Positions 28,004 through 35,804 of a stretch of 64,000 bases of DNA are shown here, in pieces. Source of the DNA: an uncultured Candidatus Saccharibacteria bacterium (GTDB lineage Bacteria; Patescibacteriota; Minisyncoccia; Phycocordibacterales; G965230995); contig OZ246398.1 of the NCBI GenBank assembly GCA_965230995.1, forward strand, positions 464,213-528,212. The letters are read 5' to 3'. The position numbers and the translations under genes are program-made. The notes under the pieces were generated by a model. That model had not been told where the DNA came from and made no database searches. It saw nothing but the letters and a program-made list of their open reading frames with translations. Within the stretch, counting starts at the first letter, position 1; the number at the start of each line of letters is the position of its first letter.

Positions 28004-30381
28004 ATTTTGAACAATTAAAAAACCTCGCAAAATTCTATTCTCCATTAGTCACAATGGAAAAAGTTCTGTCACATAAAAATAGAAAATTCTTTGAACGTGC
28101 GTTTTTCTATTTAACAGTCATGATTTCCTTTCTATCACTCGGAATTTTCTTTGAAGTAAACGATAGGCTTTTGGGCACATTGCTTTTGTCTGGCTCGATG
28201 TGGTCTTTGTTTTTTGTTCTGGAATCTTTTTTCTATTCCCATTATTTCAAATCTGAAAAAAGCGTCTTGGGAGGATCGGAAGATATTAAAATGCCATATG
28301 AATTGGCAGAAGTAATTTTGCGAGCAGATGAAAATCACATAACCCAGAGTTTTCTCGAATCAAAAATTGGTCAATCAATATTAATCAGGCTCGGTATATC
28401 AAAAGACGAAATTGAAGAATTTTTTTCAAAGCGAAAAGACCCTCTTTCTTCTGACGAATTTGTATTAAAACAAAATAATTTATCACTCGGCTCTTTTGTT
28501 GGTGCAATAATGGAAAATGACAAAGAATTTTCTCAATTCCTGTTATCAAAAAATATTAAAAAAGAAGATGTAATAGGATGCAGTGATTGGGTAGAGAGAA
28601 TGTACCATGCCAGAAAAAAATACGAGAGATGGTGGAATATAGACAATATGGCGAGAGCAAAGGGAATTGGAAAAAAATGGGCGTATGGTATGACATATAG
28701 CCTCGAACAATATGGACGAGATATTTTGCCTAGAGTTTCCTCTGCTTCTTTTGATTTATACAAAGATGAAATAAACGAAATAGAGGCGGTACTTGCAAAA
28801 AGCGACGAAGCAAACGCTCTTTTGGTTTCTGAATATGGCAGGCCAAATCTAGATATTATAAATGGACTTGCAAAAGAAATAGAAGAAGGAACCGTTCTCA
28901 CGCCTCTCGAACACAAGAGAATTGTCTCTCTCGATTACGAGCTCTTGATTGCAAACAACGGCAGTAAAAATGCTTTAGAGAATGAAATCATTAAAGTTAT
29001 GAACGAAGCCGTAAAAGCCGGTAATGTAATCATTCTAATAGATGACCTCGTTGCTTTTGTCGCTAGTGCATATGCTGTCGGTGTAAATGTTATGGATATT
29101 ATCGACGACTATATTGCAGGTTCATATTTGCAGGTCATTTCTCTTTCGGATAAAAACGGCTTTGAAAAATATCTTCGTGTAAACGAAACAGTAGTAAAAA
29201 GATTTGAAGTAATAAAAGTTGCCGGCATAGACGAAAAAGCTCTCCTCAGAATTCTTTTGGATAGAGCATTGTATATAGAAAGTAAACAAAAAATATTTTT
29301 TACATTTCAGTCGCTCCGGGCGATAGTCACTTCTGCCGAAAGATATTATATGGATGGCTCTCCCGAAGACAAAGTGGCTGATTTTCTCTCTGAACTTGCT
29401 CCGCGAATGGAAATGAGAAAACAGATTCTTGTTTTGGATAGTGATGTATATGAGATGGTTACAGAAAAAACTGGTATACCAGTAGGCGAAGCCACAGTTT
29501 CTGAAAAAGAAAAACTTTCAAATCTCGAAGATATTATTTCAAAAAGAGTCATCGGACAAAAAGAAGCCGTAAAAGCAATTAGCGATGCTCTCCGCAGAAA
29601 TAGATCTGGTATTTCGAGCCAGAACAGGCCTATTGGTTCTTTCCTATTTCTCGGACCAACAGGAGTCGGAAAAACAGAAACATCAAAAGCTCTTGCAGAA
29701 GCCTTGTTTGGAAGCAGTAAAAAACTTTTGAGGTTAGATATGTCAGAATATAACACACCAGATGCAATCAATAGATTGATCGGCTCTCTTTCTGGTGACA
29801 AAGGTGTTCTTACGACATTAATTAGAGAAAATCCACACGGAGTGCTTCTGCTTGATGAATTCGAAAAAACTGATCCCGAAGTACTAAATCTATTTTTGCA
29901 AATATTGGACGAAGGTGTTTTTGCGGATGCCTTAGGAACAAAGGTTAATGCTCGAAATATGTTGTTTATCGCAACGACAAATGCCGGTAGTGATTTGCTA
30001 TGGGAATATACAAAAAATGGACAAAACATTTCTCAAAAGAAAACAGAAATAATTGATGAAATAATCAAGAGAAAATCTTTCAAACCAGAATTACTCAACC
30101 GTTTTGATGGCGTAATACTATTTCATCCACTTTCGGATGCTCAGCTAAGAGATATTGCAAAAATAATGTTAGAGAAGCTCGGCGAGAGACTCCGTGATCA
30201 GGGTATAAATTTTGTAGTTACAGAGGAGGCGATAGATATTTTAGTGAAAGAAGGAAGTGATCCTCAGTTCGGTGCAAGACCATTAAACAGAGCAATCCAA
30301 GACAAAATAGAATCTGCCGTTGCAAGAGATATTATGAATGGTGATTTGCAGGCAGGTATGACTTATGAATTTAAGGGCTAG
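28002..30381 (+). CDS. Membrane-anchored Clp/Hsp100-family AAA+ ATPase with a degenerate first nucleotide-binding domain
   Basis: Two N-terminal TM helices, Clp_N-like repeat, D1-like region lacking Walker A. Intact D2 (VIGQKEAV…GPTGVGKTE…) and C-terminal small domain. Start taken at MNFEQLK (28002). Confidence 0.65.
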
Positions 30382-30920
30382 GTAATTGACAATGGAATAA
30401 AAATAAATAATATCTTATTTCAGTTCCTTGACGGTGTGACGTCGCAAACAAGCCTGTACTGGCAAATGCTGGGTTGAGACAAAGGTCAGAGGGTGGCATT
30501 GGGGAATCTCGTTCGCCCCATTTCCAAACAAGGCCAGAGTATCAGCTCAAGTCAAAACCCGACTCCACACCACCCGTGCCCCGGCGGTTCACCAAGCCTC
30601 TCCCCTCGACCACGCGGTCCACTTGGGAGAGGGGAGGTGAACCGCCTTTTTTGTTACTTGACAAATAAAATGGTTGTGTTATCATTAACAACAAAGAGAG
30701 TTGCGTTGTTGATTTTGGTCGCTTGACCAAGCAATGCAACTGCTCTCCAAGTTCCTACCACGGAGCACTGGCAATGAGTGATCCCAGCAAGATGAAGATG
30801 ATCGAAACCAGTTCGGATTATACGACCACCTTCGTCGGCGCCATCCTGACCCCCGCCTGATCGGCTCCGGCATCCCGCCGGGCCCGGTCAACCAAACAGG
30901 TTCTAACCAAGGAGAGTATC

Positions 30921-30992
30921 ATGAACTGGTACCGCCATGGTTTCCGAAGTAGATTGCCCCCAATTCGCGTGCCAAGAGGCAGGCTGCGATAG
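30921..30992 (+). CDS. Possible 23-aa Arg-rich micro-ORF (MNWYRHGFRSRLPPIRVPRGRLR) with strong RBS inside a GC-rich non-coding islet
   Basis: aaGGAGag 7 nt upstream of ATG. Too short for the ORF track. Confidence 0.2.
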   Translation: MNWYRHGFRSRLPPIRVPRGRLR

Positions 30993-31062
30993 GGGGCATT
31001 ACTATTTGTGCCAAATCACATAAACCCAAGCGGGTTTTATTTTTTTATGTTATAAATCAATC

Positions 31063-32145
31063 ATGTTTGAATCACTTTTGAACATACTCAAATCAAAAAA
31101 CAAAAAGCTAAATATTCCAGAAAAAATAAATCTGGGTTTTTGGGTGAATATAAAAAAACCAGCAATAGTTTTGGCACCGATGGCAGATGTCACTGATAGT
31201 GCTTTTCGATCAGTAATTTCAAAATATGGAAAACCAGATGCAATCTGGACGGAATTCGTTTCGGCAGACGGACTTTTTCGTGGAGGATATGAAAAATTGA
31301 AATACGATTTGGTCTACGGAGAAAAAGAAAAACCAATCGTTCTTCAGCTATTTACCTCGAATCCAGAATATATGGAAAAAGCTTCACGCCTCGCAAATGA
31401 ATTGGGTTTTGATGGGATTGATATAAATATGGGTTGTCCTGATAGGTCAATAGAAAAGCAGGGTTGCGGTTCGGCAATGATAAAGACTCCAGAAAAAGCG
31501 AGAGAAATAATTCGCTCTGCGATAAGGGGTGCAGGTGGACTGCCTGTTTCTGTAAAAACTCGTCTAGGATATAACAAAGACATATTAGAAGAATGGCTAC
31601 CGGTTTTGCTATCCGAGGGTCCAGCTGTTGTGACTGTTCACGCCCGCACCAGAAAGGAGATGAGCAAGGTTCCAGCAAGATGGGAGAGGGTAAAGAGAGC
31701 TGTGGAAATTAGAAACGAGCTTGGATCAAAGACCCTCATTTTTGGTAATGGTGATGTAGAAAATCCAGAACATGCTTTGAAGCTTGCAAAAGAAACAGGT
31801 GCAGATGGTGTAATGATAGGCAGGGGAATATTTGGAAAACCCTGGCTTTTCGAAGATTTAGAAAAAAGAAAAGAGTATTTTAGTAACGGCAAAGTTTTTA
31901 ATTTGAAAGAAAAAACTCTCGAAGAAAAATTGAGAATTGCAATTGAACACACAGAAAAATTTGAAAAAGATTTTGCTGGAATAAAAAATTTTGCAATTAT
32001 GAAAAAACACTTTAAAGCTTATGCAAGTGATTTTGATGGAGCAAAAGAATTGCGTGCAAAATTGATGGAAACAAATAACGCAAAAGAAATTAAAGAAATA
32101 ATAGAAGATTTTTTGGCAAACAGAAAGTTTGGTCTTGAAAAATGA
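31063..32145 (+). CDS. tRNA-dihydrouridine synthase (Dus family) with C-terminal extension
   Basis: Dus motif VLAPMADVTDSAFR, TIM-barrel FMN-binding pattern. Confidence 0.8.
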   Translation: MFESLLNILKSKNKKLNIPEKINLGFWVNIKKPAIVLAPMADVTDSAFRSVISKYGKPDAIWTEFVSADGLFRGGYEKLKYDLVYGEKEKPIVLQLFTSNPEYMEKASRLANELGFDGIDINMGCPDRSIEKQGCGSAMIKTPEKAREIIRSAIRGAGGLPVSVKTRLGYNKDILEEWLPVLLSEGPAVVTVHARTRKEMSKVPARWERVKRAVEIRNELGSKTLIFGNGDVENPEHALKLAKETGADGVMIGRGIFGKPWLFEDLEKRKEYFSNGKVFNLKEKTLEEKLRIAIEHTEKFEKDFAGIKNFAIMKKHFKAYASDFDGAKELRAKLMETNNAKEIKEIIEDFLANRKFGLEK

Positions 32146-32202
32146 GAATGACTGTGTTTTAATAAATATAGCACCGCACATTCACTCTAACGAGGACATC
32201 GT

Positions 32203-32376
32203 AAATGAACAGCCGGGTAATCGTTTTGCCTACGGGCAAGCCGCCTTCAGATGTTGATGACGAAGGAGAGGAGATTCCTTTCTTTCCCAAACCTTCACTT
32301 GCGTGTGGAGAAATTGAAGCAAAACACGCAGAAGGTCTTGGTTACGATGTGGGTGAACCAGACATCGACGAATGAT
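32203..32376 (+). CDS. Possible 57-aa acidic small protein in a GC-rich islet, followed by a GC-rich hairpin and A-run
   Basis: ATG at 32203, stop TGA at 32374-32376. Terminator-like agccggccctcccacaggccggct downstream. Confidence 0.3.
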
Positions 32377-32475
32377 TTTCTCCCACCCTCACTCTGATCG
32401 AGTTTCTTGAGCCGGCCCTCCCACAGGCCGGCTTCAACCTTTCAAAAAAAGCCTTTTTCAAATATACTTACCTGT

Positions 32476-33507
32476 ATGACACATATTGCGCTCTATCGAA
32501 AATACAGACCACAAACATTTAATGATGTAATAGGACAGGACCATATTGTTGATTCTCTAAAGCAATCTATAAAATCAAAATCAATTGCTCACGCCTATCT
32601 ATTTGCTGGATCCAAGGGAATAGGAAAAACAAGTATTGCAAGAATTTTTGCAAGAGAAATTGATGTAAAAGACGTAGATTTATATGAGCTTGATGCTGCT
32701 TCAAATAGAGGGATAGATGACGTTAGAGCAATGCGCGAAGCTGTACAGACCGTTCCGGTTTCTTCGCCATACAAAGTCTATATAATCGATGAAGCTCATA
32801 TGTTAACAAAAGAAGCTTTTAATGCTCTTTTGAAAACTCTCGAAGAACCTCCTGCTCATATCATTTTCATTCTCGCTACTACTGAAATGGAAAAATTGCC
32901 AGATACGATAATTTCTCGCTGTCAGGTATATAAATTTAGAAAACCAGGCAAAAAAATCCTGCAAAAAGCCGTTATTGATGTTGCAAAAAAAGAAGGGGTA
33001 GATATATCTCCGGAAATAGCTCATTTAATTGCGTCTGCGGGCGGGGGAGCCTTTCGAGATACTCTTGGTGTACTTGAAAAAGTTTTGGTTAGTGTTGGCA
33101 AGAAAAAAATCACTTCTGAAAATGTAAAAGAGATACTTGGCGAGACAGCCACATCTTTTGTATATGAATATTTGGAAAGTTTTTTCTCCCACGATGTTGC
33201 CAAGGGTATAAAAGCAATTTCTCTTGCAAAAGAATCTGGTTTTCAAATGAACATTTTTGGTGGAATGGTGCTTTCCAGGTTGCGAGCTGTTCTATTTCTG
33301 AGATTTTCACCGGCAAGTAAATCTGAAATCGAAGAAGAATACGGAGAAGAATTTGAAAACCTTTCTAAAATTGCAGAAGACAAGAAAAATATCTTAAATT
33401 CTGAAAAAATGATCAAAGCAATCGAAGCGATTTCAATGATAAAGAATTCTCCGATTCCAGAATTGCCTCTCGAATTGCTTCTTTTGGATGAAAGCGACAA
33501 AAAATAG
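32476..33507 (+). CDS. dnaX: DNA polymerase III subunit gamma/tau (minimal form)
   Basis: YRPQTFNDVIGQ…, Walker A GSKGIGKTS, SRC motif TIISRCQ. Start placed at MTHIALY; the track start includes a GC-rich leader. Confidence 0.85.
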   Translation: MTHIALYRKYRPQTFNDVIGQDHIVDSLKQSIKSKSIAHAYLFAGSKGIGKTSIARIFAREIDVKDVDLYELDAASNRGIDDVRAMREAVQTVPVSSPYKVYIIDEAHMLTKEAFNALLKTLEEPPAHIIFILATTEMEKLPDTIISRCQVYKFRKPGKKILQKAVIDVAKKEGVDISPEIAHLIASAGGGAFRDTLGVLEKVLVSVGKKKITSENVKEILGETATSFVYEYLESFFSHDVAKGIKAISLAKESGFQMNIFGGMVLSRLRAVLFLRFSPASKSEIEEEYGEEFENLSKIAEDKKNILNSEKMIKAIEAISMIKNSPIPELPLELLLLDESDKK

Positions 33508-33530
33508 CCTCTGTTTAAATTTTTTGAAAA

Positions 33531-33559
33531 CAGCGAATTTTGCTTCGCAAAATTCGCTG
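33531..33559. promoter_or_regulatory. 13-bp-arm perfect palindrome (cagcgaattttgc-ttc-gcaaaattcgctg); same core recurs at 42954-42984
   Basis: Inverted repeat without a following U-tract; second copy lies between divergent gene starts. Confidence 0.4.
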
Positions 33560-33645
33560 ATTTATGGTATAACATTTCTAGCCGGCTTTTCCGGTCATAC
33601 CAAAAAATATATTGGGTTGCTCAAAAGAGTGTATATAGAAGGTTT

Positions 33646-33678
33646 GTATTTTGTAATCGTAATTATTGGGGGATCGTC
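33646..33678 (+). repeat. 33-nt direct repeat, copy 1 (gtattttgtaatcgtaattattgggggatcgtc): 22 nt of leader plus the first 11 nt of tRNA-Gln
   Basis: Exact copy at 33968-34000. The two copies bracket the small GIY-YIG gene. Confidence 0.75.
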
Positions 33679-33731
33679 CCCGCCTGCCACGCTAGCTTTG
33701 GCGTTGCGGGCAGGTAATGGTATAAATAGTT

Positions 33732-33968
33732 ATGTATTTCACCTATGTATTAAAAAGTGAAAAGGATGACGACTTATACATCGGCTATACAGAAAATCTT
33801 CGTAGAAGATTTGAACAACACAACTCTGGGTTAGTAGAGTCAACAAAAGACCGAAAACCTTTTGTGCTTGTGTATTACGAAGCTTGTACCAATAAAGATA
33901 AAGCACTACTTCGCGAGAAGTATTTAAAGTCAGGTTTCGGTAGAAGATTTTTGAAGGACAGGATATAG
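33732..33968 (+). CDS. Small GIY-YIG nuclease-family protein (COG2827-like)
   Basis: YVLKS…LYIGYTENLRRRFEQHN motif; 78 aa. Confidence 0.75.
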   Translation: MYFTYVLKSEKDDDLYIGYTENLRRRFEQHNSGLVESTKDRKPFVLVYYEACTNKDKALLREKYLKSGFGRRFLKDRI

Positions 33969-34000
33969 TATTTTGTAATCGTAATTATTGGGGGATCGTC
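33968..34000 (+). repeat. 33-nt direct repeat, copy 2 (overlaps the 5' end of tRNA-Gln)
   Basis: Identical to 33646-33678. Confidence 0.75.
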
Positions 34001-34058
34001 TAATGGTAGGACAGAGGCCTTTGAAGCCTTTAATTTTGGTTCGACTCCAAGTCCCCCA
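33990..34058 (+). tRNA. tRNA-Gln (anticodon TTG)
   Basis: Acceptor gggggat/gtccccc, anticodon arm gaggc-ctttgaa-gcctt, T-loop ttcgact. Confidence 0.7.
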
Positions 34059-34216
34059 GCAACTATATTTTCTTAGCGACTCTGTCGCTTTAGAAAATAA
34101 TTTATCCCGAACGGACGTGAGGGAGGCGTCCCGAGATACTGCGAGGGGCAACTCGCGAAGCGACAAACATCCGAGCCACAGGATGTTGTCTTGTTATTTA
34201 ATGCTAAGATATAACC

Positions 34217-34471
34217 ATGTATCACGTCTACATACTCAAATGCAAAGACGGCACGCTATACACAGGAATCACTAATGATTTAGACAGAAGATTTTCTCAA
34301 CACAAAAACGGAAAGGGTGGACACTACACCAGCTCAAAAAGAGTATCAGAAATTGTATATACAGAAGAGTACCCCGACAGATCTTCGGCATCAAAAAGGG
34401 AAGCTGAAATCAAAAAATGGCGACGAGAAAAGAAACTAGACCTCATAAAATCAAACAAGCAAAAAAATTAA
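34217..34471 (+). CDS. Second small GIY-YIG nuclease-family protein
   Basis: YHVYILKCKDGTLYTGITNDLDRRFSQH motif; 84 aa. Confidence 0.75.
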   Translation: MYHVYILKCKDGTLYTGITNDLDRRFSQHKNGKGGHYTSSKRVSEIVYTEEYPDRSSASKREAEIKKWRREKKLDLIKSNKQKN

Positions 34472-34518
34472 CAACAATAATCACGCTGTTAGTTTTTCAA
34501 TTATGCTATCATTATATT

Positions 34519-35286
34519 ATGTACAAATCATTTACCGCAGAGCAATTCAAATCGCATTTAGGACTACCTTTAAATTACAGCGTTGAAGGCTTGCTTTCGT
34601 ATGGCGCTTGGGATGAACATAAACATCTTGATGAAATTCAAAAAATCTTGAACGAATTGGGTGTCACATACAAAAGCAAAATGCTCGCGGGTTTTCTTTG
34701 TCATATTTGCGAACTTGAAATAAATGGAAAGATATATTGGTTTACTATGCTTTATGGTGGAGCAATGCTTTCAGAATACACTCATCTAGCTTGCCTTTTT
34801 GGATCAAAGAAAAATATTCACATAGGAAGCTGTGGCGGGTTATATCCAGAAATGAATTCGCTTGATTTTTTGATACCAAAATGGAGCTTCGGAGACGAAA
34901 GTACGACCAGAATTTATGGCAGGGAAGTAAAAGACAACAAACACTACTCAAACAGTGATTTGTCAGAAAAATTAAAGAGTAAAATAACAATTAAAAATAA
35001 AATCTGGGATGGCCCTATTATTACCTGCCAAGCAATGATAGGAGAAACTTGGGATGATATAAAATCATGGACAGAACAGGGGTATTACGGAGTCGAAATG
35101 GAAACATCAACCGTCTTTTCTGTTTCCAATCATTTTAATGTGCCGAGCGCGAGTCTTTTGTATGTATCAGATAATCTAGTAAAAGGGCAAGTCGTCGGCG
35201 ATGAAAGCCATATTGCAGAAAAAGAACAAAGAGAAAAAGCAAAAGACGAAGTCTACAAGGCAAGCATTAAGACTTTGATAGAGTAA
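34519..35286 (+). CDS. Nucleoside phosphorylase family protein (PNP/UDP phosphorylase fold; DeoD/MTAP-like)
   Basis: IGSCGGL…DFLIP and GVEMETSTVF…VSDNL motifs. Start taken at MYKSF (34519), because the track start overlaps the GIY-YIG gene. Confidence 0.65.
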   Translation: MYKSFTAEQFKSHLGLPLNYSVEGLLSYGAWDEHKHLDEIQKILNELGVTYKSKMLAGFLCHICELEINGKIYWFTMLYGGAMLSEYTHLACLFGSKKNIHIGSCGGLYPEMNSLDFLIPKWSFGDESTTRIYGREVKDNKHYSNSDLSEKLKSKITIKNKIWDGPIITCQAMIGETWDDIKSWTEQGYYGVEMETSTVFSVSNHFNVPSASLLYVSDNLVKGQVVGDESHIAEKEQREKAKDEVYKASIKTLIE

Positions 35287-35455
35287 CTATTCTAAAAATA
35301 AAAAAGGGGGGGGAATTAAACGGCTGTAATAATAGCCCTATGCATTTTTGGTGTTTGTAATATAGCCAAAAGTGGAATAGAATGGAAATTATGGCTTTTA
35401 TATAATATTTTAGCTTCCTAGCCTTTTAATTTTTGAAATATCTTATATCTTCATT

Positions 35456-35803
35456 ATGAAAAAAATCGATGATCTAACGAAAAGAATTATATCATTCCGA
35501 GACGCTAGGGATTGGAAACAATTTCATAATCCTAAAGACGTTGCTCTTTCGTTGGTGTTAGAAGCAACCGAGGTCATGGAACATTTTCAGTGGAAGAATA
35601 AGGAGGTGATGGATAAATATATAGTAACAAACAAAACTGATATTGGTGAAGAATTGGCAGATGTTTTGTACTGGATATTGCTCATGAGTCATGATCTCAA
35701 TATAGACGTGTTAGACGCACTAGAGAAAAAGATTAAAGTCAACGAAGGTAAATATCCGGTTGAAAAGGCAAAAGGTAAATATACTAAATACAACAAATTG
35801 TAA
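35456..35803 (+). CDS. MazG-like all-alpha NTP pyrophosphohydrolase
   Basis: EATEVMEHF and EELADVLYWIL (EExxE/D metal-binding motifs); 115 aa. Its stop codon lies 1 nt before the next gene's ATG. Confidence 0.7.
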   Translation: MKKIDDLTKRIISFRDARDWKQFHNPKDVALSLVLEATEVMEHFQWKNKEVMDKYIVTNKTDIGEELADVLYWILLMSHDLNIDVLDALEKKIKVNEGKYPVEKAKGKYTKYNKL

Positions 35804-35804
35804 T

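Noticed and set aside
30400-31060. RNase P RNA, SRP RNA or 6S RNA in the GC-rich islets
   Set aside because: Searched by eye for the P4 (AGGAAAGTCCGG / ACAGAAACCCGGCTTA) and SRP domain IV (GGAAGGAAGCAGC) consensus strings on both strands and found none. The question stays open for non-canonical RNAs, which need a covariance-model scan.
34417-34518. N-terminal 34 codons of the PNP-family ORF as annotated by the track
   Set aside because: That extension overlaps the 3' end of the second GIY-YIG gene in another frame. An in-frame ATG at 34519 (MYKSF…) gives a protein matching the PNP fold length.
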